Below, piece after piece: positions 1 through 8,747 of a stretch of DNA of 48,126 nucleotides. The position numbers were made by a program, and so were the translations under genes. The stretch lies in NCBI GenBank assembly GCA_964487115.1, contig CAZAPD010000100.1:1-48126 (forward strand). Reading direction: 5' to 3'. Numbering within the stretch: the first letter of the stretch is position 1; each line of letters begins with the position of its first letter. Below the pieces are notes generated by a model. That model saw nothing but the letters and a program-made list of their open reading frames with translations. It did not search any database and was not told the origin of the DNA. The stretch is from an uncultured Thermococci archaeon. GTDB taxonomy: Archaea; Methanobacteriota_B; Thermococci; Thermococcales; Thermococcaceae.

Positions 1-705
1 TATATAGCCACAGGAACAACTGCCGCTTACATAGCGGAGGAGATACTCGGAGAGAAGATAGAGAAAGAAAAATGGACTGTGGGTGTTATTAGTAAGGGGA
101 GAACCTGTGTTACACCCAAGGATACTTGGCCGAAGCATCTCGTCTTCTACAAAGGTGAGCTCTTTGATGATCCATTGGAGGCACTCAAGCAGATGGGGCC
201 GAAAGATGTGTTCATAAAGGGTGCCAATGCAATAGATATCAACTGGAATGTAGCAGTCTTTGCAGCGGCTCCAGATGGTGGAACGATAGGGAGAACCTTC
301 GGCTGGACAATAACGAAGGGCGTCTTCACGATAACACCGGTTAGCCTTGAGAAGTTCGTGCCCACACCCGTGGAGGAAAGCGCTAAACTTACCGGCATAT
401 ACTCCTTTGATTGGGGAACCGGGCTTTATTCAGCTCTCGTGCCAATCCCGCATGCTCATCCGGTCACAGAGGTGGAAGCCTACAGGATACTCGCGGGTGT
501 TGAAGCCATACCGATAGCGGCTGGAGGTGCTGGCGGAGCTGAAGGAAGTGTCACCTTAGTTCTTGAGGGTGATAGTGAGGCCATGGAAAAGGCGAAGAAG
601 ATAACGAAAGCCGTTAAGGGTGAGCCTTACCTCGAACCCTACACAGAGGACTGCTCGGTGTGTCCTTTCGCGAAAATCTGCGGAATCGGGAGCGGCATTT
701 TTTAG
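1..705 (+). CDS. Conserved hypothetical protein, 5'-truncated by window edge; possible NagB/RpiA/CoA-transferase-like fold with C-terminal Cys cluster
   Basis: Frame is open from base 1 (YIATGTTAAYIAEEILG...), so the GTG at 79 is internal; KGANAID motif, GGAGGAEG loop, terminal CSVCPFAKIC. Confidence 0.7.
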   Translation, partial: YIATGTTAAYIAEEILGEKIEKEKWTVGVISKGRTCVTPKDTWPKHLVFYKGELFDDPLEALKQMGPKDVFIKGANAIDINWNVAVFAAAPDGGTIGRTFGWTITKGVFTITPVSLEKFVPTPVEESAKLTGIYSFDWGTGLYSALVPIPHAHPVTEVEAYRILAGVEAIPIAAGGAGGAEGSVTLVLEGDSEAMEKAKKITKAVKGEPYLEPYTEDCSVCPFAKICGIGSGIF

Positions 706-782
706 CGATAGCAATATTTATGAAGGTTCTTTCATGAATTTCTTTTTAAACTCACGTTTTTCTTTTCTAACAGGGTGATAAC

Positions 783-1130
783 ATGGACGAGCTTGAGATG
801 ATAAGACGCAAAAAAATGCTGGAACTCATGAAGAGGGCTGGAATGATAGAAGTTAAACCAAAGAAACCAAGGGTTATCATCGAGGTCATAACCTCACCCG
901 GCTGTCCTTACTGTCCAATAGCATGGGCAATGGCACAAGAACTCGAACGAAAGTATGATGGTGTGGTGGCCAGAGAGCTCAGCGTAGCAACTCCAGAAGG
1001 ACAGAGAAAGGCCATGGAGCATAATATACTTGGAACGCCAACGATATTGATAAACAATCGTGTTGAGTTTGTGGGAGTTCCTAACTTTGGAGAATTTGAA
1101 AGGAAGATAAAAGAAAAACTCACCTCTTGA
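783..1130 (+). CDS. Glutaredoxin/thioredoxin-like protein
   Basis: CPYC active site, GTP cis-Pro motif, GGGTGA RBS. Confidence 0.9.
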   Translation: MDELEMIRRKKMLELMKRAGMIEVKPKKPRVIIEVITSPGCPYCPIAWAMAQELERKYDGVVARELSVATPEGQRKAMEHNILGTPTILINNRVEFVGVPNFGEFERKIKEKLTS

Positions 1131-2412
1131 GTTTTTTTATCCTCTGCTTTGTCTCCTGTATGCGTTCAACCTTACTGCTGGCCTTGCTCTCTACCGTTTT
1201 TTCGATATCCTCTTTAAATGCCCATTTGAGCAGAGGAGGCGTTACAAGTACTGAAATCGTGATAAATATGAGTGTCGCTGCAATGAATTTTGGAGCATCA
1301 GCAGGGGGTATGGCTTTGCCATGAATCGCAACCATCAGGTCGACGAGGGCCACCTCAGTCCTTGGGATTGACCCAATGCCCATCTGGAGGGACATCTTGA
1401 AGTTTCTGGGAGTAAAGAGGAATTCTCTTCCTCTACCCCATGCGGTTATCCATGCACCAAATCCCCTGCCGAGGACTTTGCCTACCACGGCGATTACTGT
1501 GAGAACTGTTGCCAGAGTCAGGGCAGAATAGCTCTCAAACACCTTAAGGTTAAGCATTGCTCCGGTATGCACAAAGAAAATCGGGATCAGAAAGCCGTAT
1601 CCTATAGCCCTTACATCTTCCATCAGCTTTTTACCTTCAGGCAGCTTTGCTAAAATAAGACCTGCCATGAAGGATCCTTCAATCGCCGCTGCAAACCAGT
1701 TTTCGGCCAAAGCTGCGAACAGGAACATGAGGCCAAGAACAAGACCGAGAATACCCTTTTCAACGTGGAGCCTCTCGGCAAATTTGAGATAGTAATCGAT
1801 GGCAAACCATCCAATAACACCAGTTATCAGGAAGAAAATTGCTATTTTTATTCCGAGGCCGGTAAGGCTACCACTTCCCACAGCAAATATAACAAGAGCT
1901 ATGCCAAGAAAATCATCCATGACACTTGCACTCAGGGAAGCAGCTCCAACCTCGCTCCTCAGAACTCCCAGATCCATCATAACTCTAACTGTGAGACCGA
2001 TGCTGGTGGCTGTTAGAAGAACTCCTCCAGCAAATGCTTCCCTGCTTGGATATCCCATTTCCATGAGTGCAAACCAGCCGAGGATCAGAGGGACGAAAAC
2101 TCCAAGAACTGTTGAAATTGTAGCGGTTACTCCCGTTTTCTTAAGCATGCTTATGTCAGTATCAAGAGCGCCGAGAAATAGCAGGAATATGATACCGAGC
2201 TTGGCAAGAAAATCCATGACCTCACTTGTATTTACGGTTATCGGAAGATACTGAGAGCCCACAATGCCAAAATAGACTATATTCCCAAGTATCATGCCCA
2301 TAAGGAGCTCTCCAAGGACACCCGGAAGCTCAAACCTCTCTATGATGCTGTCTCCAATTTTCGCAAATATCAATGCAATTCCGATTGTGAAGAAGATCCA
2401 TGTTGGCTCCAT
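1120..2412 (-). CDS. Cation:proton antiporter (CPA2/NapA-like Na+/H+ antiporter)
   Basis: About 12 hydrophobic segments, ATSIG and MDD motifs, PRTEV. Confidence 0.9.
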   Translation of the reverse strand: MEPTWIFFTIGIALIFAKIGDSIIERFELPGVLGELLMGMILGNIVYFGIVGSQYLPITVNTSEVMDFLAKLGIIFLLFLGALDTDISMLKKTGVTATISTVLGVFVPLILGWFALMEMGYPSREAFAGGVLLTATSIGLTVRVMMDLGVLRSEVGAASLSASVMDDFLGIALVIFAVGSGSLTGLGIKIAIFFLITGVIGWFAIDYYLKFAERLHVEKGILGLVLGLMFLFAALAENWFAAAIEGSFMAGLILAKLPEGKKLMEDVRAIGYGFLIPIFFVHTGAMLNLKVFESYSALTLATVLTVIAVVGKVLGRGFGAWITAWGRGREFLFTPRNFKMSLQMGIGSIPRTEVALVDLMVAIHGKAIPPADAPKFIAATLIFITISVLVTPPLLKWAFKEDIEKTVESKASSKVERIQETKQRIKKLKR

Positions 2413-2897
2413 GACGTACCACCCACCCTAAGTAGTCTGAGAAGTTCATTTATGAGAATCCTGAGGCTTATCTCACTTACGAGTTTATCACCACTAACAA
2501 TAGCCAAGACCTGTGTTCTATAGCGTTTCATCTTAACCAGTGCATCGAGGACAGTAGCATCTTCTTCAATTGTCAGTACATTCCGTTCCATAATCTCCTC
2601 AGCTTTTTGAGCACCCCCCAGGAGTGATTTCATAACGGCACTGGTCATTCCAAGGCGGAATTTATAAGATTCTGGAGGAAGCAGGATATCCATGGTATCA
2701 AGATACCTGATAACTCCACACAATCTCATGCTTTTTCTATCTCTGACAACCCATACATGATGCCTTGTACGTAGAATTTTCAGGACATTAATAACCGGGG
2801 CCTCAGCTTCTACCACTGGAATGGAAGCCGATGAAGGCATGATTTGTCTTAATTTCAAACTGTGAAAGTGTTGCAGCGCTTTTTCAACATCTTTCAT
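2370..2897 (-). CDS. CBS-domain pair protein, probably co-transcribed with the antiporter
   Basis: Two CBS repeats (HHVWVVRD...CGVI; EIMERNVLTIEEDATVLDAL); start chosen at MKDVEK after GGTGG. Confidence 0.8.
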   Translation of the reverse strand: MKDVEKALQHFHSLKLRQIMPSSASIPVVEAEAPVINVLKILRTRHHVWVVRDRKSMRLCGVIRYLDTMDILLPPESYKFRLGMTSAVMKSLLGGAQKAEEIMERNVLTIEEDATVLDALVKMKRYRTQVLAIVSGDKLVSEISLRILINELLRLLRVGGTSWSQHGSSSQSELH

Positions 2898-2981
2898 ACT
2901 ACCACCGCTTGGAAGCTTTATCATTGGCATATTTAAGGCTTTTTGGGTGGCAGTTTACATAGTAAAGCGAAGGTTAATCCC

Positions 2982-3707
2982 TTAATATTTCATTAACACC
3001 CATACTCCGATTAATACCAATATTATGCCTGCAATAATTGAAAGCTCCTTACTCCGTTGCACAAGTTTCTGGGATATTGTTTTGCTCTCGCTTATGCTTC
3101 CCATCACAAATAGGATGATAATAAGCGGCAGTATAAATATGAGGTTGTAAAGAGCAAGCAGCAAAAATATCAAGGTTTTTCCAATTTTAGAAATGAGAAT
3201 GGCATATACAAGATAGCTACCGGCTGAGCATGGTAGGAGCGTGAAAGACACTATCACCCCAAGAGTAAAAGCTCCAATGATTGTGGCGTCTTTGCTGAAT
3301 ATTTTCTTTCTTGTCTCTCTCTTCTTTCTGATTCTGGAAACCTCTAAATATCCTGTTATTGATGTATATAATCCAAAGATAATTGCTAAAATACCGGCCA
3401 CCCATGTGGGTATCCCCGTGGCAAAAACTACAAGCCCAATACCAAGGAGATAGTATGATATATAAATTGCAGCTATAAAGCTCAAACCAACAAGATAAAT
3501 CTGTCTCTTTGAGATTTCCTTAACTGAGAGTGCTATTAATAACATTGTATAAATTACAAATGTACATGGATTAATTGAATCTGAAAGGGCTAAAGCTAAG
3601 AATTGGGGAATGAACCATGATAATCCTAAAATATAGAGGACCGTGGAGCTTATTCCGAATGAAATGATTATTATTGATAAAAGTGCTTCAATGTCTTTCT
3701 TCATCAT
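2982..3707 (-). CDS. CcdA/DsbD-beta-like transmembrane electron transporter (cytochrome c biogenesis family)
   Basis: Multi-TM protein with the two conserved Pro-Cys motifs DSINPC and LLPCS. Confidence 0.85.
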   Translation of the reverse strand: MMKKDIEALLSIIIISFGISSTVLYILGLSWFIPQFLALALSDSINPCTFVIYTMLLIALSVKEISKRQIYLVGLSFIAAIYISYYLLGIGLVVFATGIPTWVAGILAIIFGLYTSITGYLEVSRIRKKRETRKKIFSKDATIIGAFTLGVIVSFTLLPCSAGSYLVYAILISKIGKTLIFLLLALYNLIFILPLIIILFVMGSISESKTISQKLVQRSKELSIIAGIILVLIGVWVLMKY

Positions 3708-3777
3708 ACTCCCCACTGAAATTGAAAGAATAAGGGTTTTTCAGCATTTCTAACACAAAAAGTTAAGAACAAAAAGT

Positions 3778-4440
3778 TCAGCGCTTTTTACGGAATATCA
3801 ATGGAAGAGATGTCAAAAGCAGGAGTAATGCCGGCCCACAAACTTTCTTTTTCGATTGGGTTGTTGATGAAGTTGCACTGCTGGAGGTTATAGATGAGGA
3901 AGATGCTGAGATTGAAGTAGAGGTAGCTGAAGTATGATGAGAGCTTGTGCTTGAAGTTGATTGCCCAAAGACGGACTGATGCTTTATAAAAATAGTTTCC
4001 AACATCCGAATATGAGTTTGATTCTTGATCAGATAGGCCTTACCTCCAACGACTAATATCAAACCGCCATTTTTCTGAGCATCCTTGATTATCAATGGAG
4101 CTGCTGATACATTGAATTCTCCCTCGATAACAGCATAAAGCGTTCCGTTATATGTTATGCCTATTGCCGGGACACCCCTTATCCCAGTAAGCTGGTAGAG
4201 TTCTCCAAAAAGCTTGTTGTTTTCCTCGTTTCCCACTAACTCATAGTACGTCAAACTGTCTTTTCCGAAAACCTTTGGTATTTCCTCTTTCATTCTGCGA
4301 CAGTGGGGGCACGTTTTCATGCCATACATGTAAAAATGAATCTTACCTGTATCTATCTGGCTTTCCGCTACGGCATATGATATGATGGATAAGACAAAAA
4401 ACAGTGCCACCAACAGCCCTTTCTTCTTCAATTTTCCCAC
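3778..4440 (-). CDS. Extracellular glutaredoxin/thioredoxin-fold protein with CGP-CTERM sorting signal
   Basis: Signal peptide, CPHC motif, GVP, Ser/Thr-rich linker, KKKVCGPALLLLLTSLPLIFRKKR tail. Confidence 0.88.
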   Translation of the reverse strand: MGKLKKKGLLVALFFVLSIISYAVAESQIDTGKIHFYMYGMKTCPHCRRMKEEIPKVFGKDSLTYYELVGNEENNKLFGELYQLTGIRGVPAIGITYNGTLYAVIEGEFNVSAAPLIIKDAQKNGGLILVVGGKAYLIKNQTHIRMLETIFIKHQSVFGQSTSSTSSHHTSATSTSISASSSSITSSSATSSTTQSKKKVCGPALLLLLTSLPLIFRKKR

Positions 4441-4531
4441 CTACTTATTCCTCAAGACGTTCTAATATAAACTTTCCTTTGTTTTAGGAAAGCTTAAATC
4501 TTTATAATGCAAATTAATGTGGGGGTTTATT

Positions 4532-4996
4532 ATGCAGGAGTGGTATCAATCGAGGGCCCTTTATGAGGCGGTTAACAAACTTATAGCTAACGGTGATTTC
4601 GAAAATGCCTATAAAATGGCCCATGAAATACCGGATAAGGTAATTAAAGCAAAAGCCTTTTCTAAAATCGCAATTGAGATTGCTAAAAAAGGGAGGGAAT
4701 ATAAGGAAGCCATTAAGAAAGCAATTGATGTGGCATATGATATCAACAATGATCAAGAAACAACAAAAACCCTAATGAGCCTTGCTTTTGAATTTTTAAA
4801 TTTAGGAAAATGGAGAGATGCATTGGAGATAGCTAAATTTATTCGAGATGTTTCCAACCGTTCTAAAATAGAGGCAGAGGTTGCATTAAAACTGGCAAGA
4901 GAAGGAAAAGTTTCCGAGGCCATGACGATTATTAACAATATCATGGATGAAGATGTCAAAACATGGGTCACATCCAGATTGGTTAGCACGTTATAG
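4532..4996 (+). CDS. Helical-repeat (TPR-like) hypothetical protein
   Basis: Repeated helix pairs of the type G.F..A...A..I.D. Confidence 0.75.
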   Translation: MQEWYQSRALYEAVNKLIANGDFENAYKMAHEIPDKVIKAKAFSKIAIEIAKKGREYKEAIKKAIDVAYDINNDQETTKTLMSLAFEFLNLGKWRDALEIAKFIRDVSNRSKIEAEVALKLAREGKVSEAMTIINNIMDEDVKTWVTSRLVSTL

Positions 4997-5115
4997 ATTG
5001 CATTTTATTGTTTATTATTCTGAATATATCGAGATGCTTTAACAGGAATATATCCACAAAGTTTTTCTGCATCTTTCTCAAGCTCAGCATACTATTTGCC
5101 AAGGAGGTACAGAAA

Positions 5116-5367
5116 ATGAACGGAACTGCTATAGTAGGTCTCACTGGAATGCTGCTTTTGGTAGGTTCGTGGATCCCCCAGACATTGGAGACTTTAAAGA
5201 AAAAGCATTGCCCAATGAATCTGGAATTCATACTGGTCTATGTAGCAGCTGCATCTACCCTAACCATGTACTCATATCTTGTGAGGGATTGGATATTTTT
5301 CACTTTGAATTTCCTTTCGGCTCTACAGAGTGGATTGAATTTATATGTGAAGCTCAGATATACTTGA
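5116..5367 (+). CDS. PQ-loop/SemiSWEET-like small membrane protein
   Basis: AAGGAGG RBS; three TM helices; WIPQ motif at end of TM1. Confidence 0.75.
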   Translation: MNGTAIVGLTGMLLLVGSWIPQTLETLKKKHCPMNLEFILVYVAAASTLTMYSYLVRDWIFFTLNFLSALQSGLNLYVKLRYT

Positions 5368-5368
5368 T

Positions 5369-5932
5369 TTATTTCCTTTCATAGAGGCCTACAATCTCAG
5401 TCCACTGGATTACATGACCTTTCATGGCCTTTTCCAACTCCTTTCTGCCAGCCCCTGGGGATAGGTTGAGGGTAGTATCCAGAGCATATACCTTGAAATG
5501 GTAGTGATGCACCCCATGTCCTCTTGGTGGGCATGGTCCACCGTATCCGATTCTCCCGAAGTCATTTCTTCCCTGGATCATTTTTACTGGTTCATTTACT
5601 CGGCCTTCTCTGGGTATACCCTCGGGGATCTCCTCAACCGGTGGTATATTCCATGCTATCCAGTGAGTGAAGGTTCCAATGGGTGCGTCTGGATCATCTA
5701 CAATTATCACTATGCTCTTTGCATCGTTGGGTATGTGGGCCAAATAGAGTGGCGGGTTTATGTCAGCTCCTTCACAGGTAAATTTCTTCGGTATATAGCC
5801 TCCATCATGAAAGACGGATCCAACTTCCAGTTTCATCTTCTCACCTCCTCCAGGGTGAGATATACATCCAGATACATACACATACACCGATACCAGAACA
5901 ATTAGAGCTAAGAGCTGACCTGCTCCTTTCAT
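5369..5932 (-). CDS. YbhB/YbcL family (PEBP/Raf kinase inhibitor-like) protein
   Basis: DDPDAP, FTHW, GYGGPCPP, HHYHFKVYALD motifs; alternative start at 5836. Confidence 0.92.
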   Translation of the reverse strand: MKGAGQLLALIVLVSVYVYVSGCISHPGGGEKMKLEVGSVFHDGGYIPKKFTCEGADINPPLYLAHIPNDAKSIVIIVDDPDAPIGTFTHWIAWNIPPVEEIPEGIPREGRVNEPVKMIQGRNDFGRIGYGGPCPPRGHGVHHYHFKVYALDTTLNLSPGAGRKELEKAMKGHVIQWTEIVGLYERK

Positions 5933-6017
5933 GGGTGTAGTTTTGGATTTCGAACGTAAAAATATTTCGGCCTTAGAGTTTATTAAGTTCAAAGTTTACA
6001 GGAACTTGGTGATAACC

Positions 6018-6740
6018 ATGAAACTTGCTGGGAAGGTTGCCCTCATTACAGGCGCTGGGAGAGGAATAGGACGGGCAATTGCAATTAGCCTCGCCAAAAA
6101 AGGAGCCAACATCGTCGTAAACTATGCTCACAGCGAGGAAAAGGCCAGAGAAACAGTAAAGCTTTGTCGTTCCCATGGTGTCGATGCAATAGCCATAAAG
6201 GCTAACGTGAGCAACAGGGAAGAAGTCCGAAAAATGGTCGAAAAAGTTATCGGACACTTTGGAAGGATTGATATTTTGATCAACAACGCAGGAATACTGG
6301 GAAGAGCTCTGAAACCGATGGAGGTTACCGATGATGACTGGGACGCCGTTCTCAACGTTAACCTCAAAGGGGCTTTTATTGTCACTCAGGAAGTTCTCAA
6401 ATACATGAAGAAGGGAAAGATCGTCAACATAGCCTCGATAGCTGGGAAGGATGGTGGAACGGTTGGACCACACTATGCGGCATCCAAGGGTGGGCTTATA
6501 GCACTAACCTTCAACCTCGCAAGGCATCTTGCACCTGATATTCTCGTCAATGCTGTTGCCCCTGGTCCAGTTGATACCAAACTGATAAGTCCGGAGATAA
6601 AGGAGAGGCTCCGCTCGCTCTCGTTGACAGGGGAGATAGCAAAACCAGAGGAGATAGCCCATGCAGTGGTTTTTCTCCTTGAGAACGATCACATAACTGG
6701 GGAGGTCATAGATGTCAACGGCGGCAGGTTGATGGATTAA
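6018..6740 (+). CDS. Short-chain dehydrogenase/reductase (FabG-like)
   Basis: TGAGRGIG, NNAG, YAASK, ITGEVIDVNGG. Confidence 0.92.
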   Translation: MKLAGKVALITGAGRGIGRAIAISLAKKGANIVVNYAHSEEKARETVKLCRSHGVDAIAIKANVSNREEVRKMVEKVIGHFGRIDILINNAGILGRALKPMEVTDDDWDAVLNVNLKGAFIVTQEVLKYMKKGKIVNIASIAGKDGGTVGPHYAASKGGLIALTFNLARHLAPDILVNAVAPGPVDTKLISPEIKERLRSLSLTGEIAKPEEIAHAVVFLLENDHITGEVIDVNGGRLMD

Positions 6741-6777
6741 GGTTTTAAATCTTCCTTCCTATTTTATCTGATGCTCC

Positions 6778-7239
6778 ATGAAAGTAGCATGGGAAAAGGA
6801 AATCAACGCTTCAAAGGTCATCGTCTCTCCGAGGCCAGTGTGGAAGTGCAGAGTATGTCCCATGTATGGAAGGGCACTCTCCTGTCCTCCATATGCTCCG
6901 GACTGGAGAGAGGCTAAAGAGTGGGTGCACTCGTTTAAAAGAGCTCTGTTAATCAAGTTCGAGATTAACTACAACGATTTTGAAAATGAAAAGCGACAGG
7001 TTCTTCATTATCTGTTGAGGCGAGAGGAGAGTCTCTTTAAAAGTGGTTACATGTATGCACTGGCTCTTTTTCCCGGTAACTGTAATCTGTGCGATGAATG
7101 TCCGGTAAAGGATGGAAAGTCATGCATAATGCCAACCAAAGTCAGACCTTCGGTGGATGCCATAGGCATCGAGATCAGCAAAAATGTGGATATTGATTTC
7201 AATGAGAGTGCCCTTTATGGAATGATTTTTATCGATTAA
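6778..7239 (+). CDS. DUF2284-like predicted metal-binding protein
   Basis: CxxC..YG...SCPP, CxxCxxC and RPSVDAIGI motifs. Confidence 0.8.
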   Translation: MKVAWEKEINASKVIVSPRPVWKCRVCPMYGRALSCPPYAPDWREAKEWVHSFKRALLIKFEINYNDFENEKRQVLHYLLRREESLFKSGYMYALALFPGNCNLCDECPVKDGKSCIMPTKVRPSVDAIGIEISKNVDIDFNESALYGMIFID

Positions 7240-7255
7240 AACGGATGTAGAGAGG

Positions 7256-7750
7256 ATGAAAATGAATCCACCAAAGAAAATTGCCTATGTAACTCTGCTG
7301 GGTCGTTCGAGCTGGGCGCTGGTGAATACATATTATGCTGTGGTCTCCAGAGGGAGAAAACCCAAGAGGGTGTTCATATTCACGGAGGAGATGTACAGGA
7401 AGAAAGTTCCTGATGTTGTGGAAGCCATAAAAACCATCTCAGAGGCGTATAATTTTACACCGGAGATAGAAACAATAATCATTCCCAATAACAGCTTTCT
7501 TGAGGCAGATAAGAAGTTAAATGCGCTCTTTCAAAGGCTGGAATCCGAGAACTACACCATAGGTCTTGATATAACCTCTGGGAGAAAGGCACTTGCAACA
7601 GCGGCTGTTGTTCAAGCCAGAGAGTTTAGTGTGGATCGGATAATCTACATGGCTCTCCTCGACTTTGATTTCCCAAACAGACCGTATATGATGATTCCAA
7701 GACACATGCAGAGGCTCAAAAACTTCCTCGGTGAGGGAAATGTTGAGTGA
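7256..7750 (+). CDS. Stand-alone CARF-domain protein (Crn1/ring-nuclease-like)
   Basis: Rossmann-like pattern with N-terminal TLLGRS and the CARF signature LDITSGRKA; no fused effector. Confidence 0.72.
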   Translation: MKMNPPKKIAYVTLLGRSSWALVNTYYAVVSRGRKPKRVFIFTEEMYRKKVPDVVEAIKTISEAYNFTPEIETIIIPNNSFLEADKKLNALFQRLESENYTIGLDITSGRKALATAAVVQAREFSVDRIIYMALLDFDFPNRPYMMIPRHMQRLKNFLGEGNVE

Positions 7751-8747
7751 AATCATTATAAAACCAGAGCTCCAGATTCTGATCAACCTTCTCCCCGAAA
7801 TCCAGGTGGGATACCCTCTCTATGAAATTCCTCTGATCCGTGCAAGACCAAATGAAAGGGGATACACGATCGAAACTATGGCTGATAGGAGAGATTTTGC
7901 GCATGCTTTGCCGGAGCATCTGGCCTATGATCTGCCAAGTTATCTCGATTTTTATGAGTGTTTTATCTCATCGGGAATACTGAAGTATGATAACATTGAT
8001 GAGTTTAGGAAAAGCCTTGAGCTTTATGAGTATCTGAGAAAGGGCGTTGTTTTTGCTCCGGACACAAATATATTCTACCACCGATTCATATCAAACTTCA
8101 AACCACTGGACAAGTACCAGATTGCTGTTGCAGAGGGTGTTCAGAAGGAAATAGAGAATGCAATGAATTATAAGTATCGGCATTCACAGCTGATTGAACT
8201 GAAAAGAGCCGTTAAAAACAGCTACCTTCTGAATGAACTCAGCAACAGGAGAATGAAAAAATCCAGAAAAGCTGCTTACATAGCTCTGAAGGAGTTCGAA
8301 CGGCTGAAAGACAGAATCATAATAGCAGAGAGCATAAAAGGAGAGGCCCATAACAACGACGAGATTATAATTAAGTCTCTTAAGCGCTTCGACAATATGA
8401 CTCCAAGTCTGGTGGTTTTCTTGACGGCGGACATAGCGATAACAGATGTGGCTGATATAGAGGGACTTGAGTACTTCCTGTTTGAATACCCAAGTAGAAG
8501 ACTTGGAAAGCATGAGGTTACAGCATACCAGCTTAGAACACTTCTCTTTAACCTCGCAGCGGTTTTTGGTGTAATCGATGTCAACGGAATACTAATATAC
8601 GGCGAATTTGGCGGGAAAAGAGGACTGAATGAGCTCAAGCTTATATTTCCTCATGAAAACCGCATTTATAATGAATTCGAGTTCCATCTCAAGCTCTGTA
8701 GAAGACTGATGGAAGTAATGGAGGGGAAAAGAAGGGGAATCTACTGA
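7740..8747 (+). CDS. PIN-domain ribonuclease with N- and C-terminal extensions
   Basis: PIN acidic tetrad: PDTNIF, VQKEIE, NNDEII, FLTADI; start overlaps the CARF stop. Confidence 0.82.
   Translation: MLSEIIIKPELQILINLLPEIQVGYPLYEIPLIRARPNERGYTIETMADRRDFAHALPEHLAYDLPSYLDFYECFISSGILKYDNIDEFRKSLELYEYLRKGVVFAPDTNIFYHRFISNFKPLDKYQIAVAEGVQKEIENAMNYKYRHSQLIELKRAVKNSYLLNELSNRRMKKSRKAAYIALKEFERLKDRIIIAESIKGEAHNNDEIIIKSLKRFDNMTPSLVVFLTADIAITDVADIEGLEYFLFEYPSRRLGKHEVTAYQLRTLLFNLAAVFGVIDVNGILIYGEFGGKRGLNELKLIFPHENRIYNEFEFHLKLCRRLMEVMEGKRRGIY

Noticed and set aside
720..735. Imperfect palindrome ATGAAGGTTCTTTCAT upstream of the glutaredoxin gene
   Set aside because: Short, does not match GTTn3AAC, and could be chance
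3860..3965. Ser/Thr-rich low-complexity tract
   Set aside because: Ordinary linker of a CGP-CTERM surface protein, not a DNA repeat element
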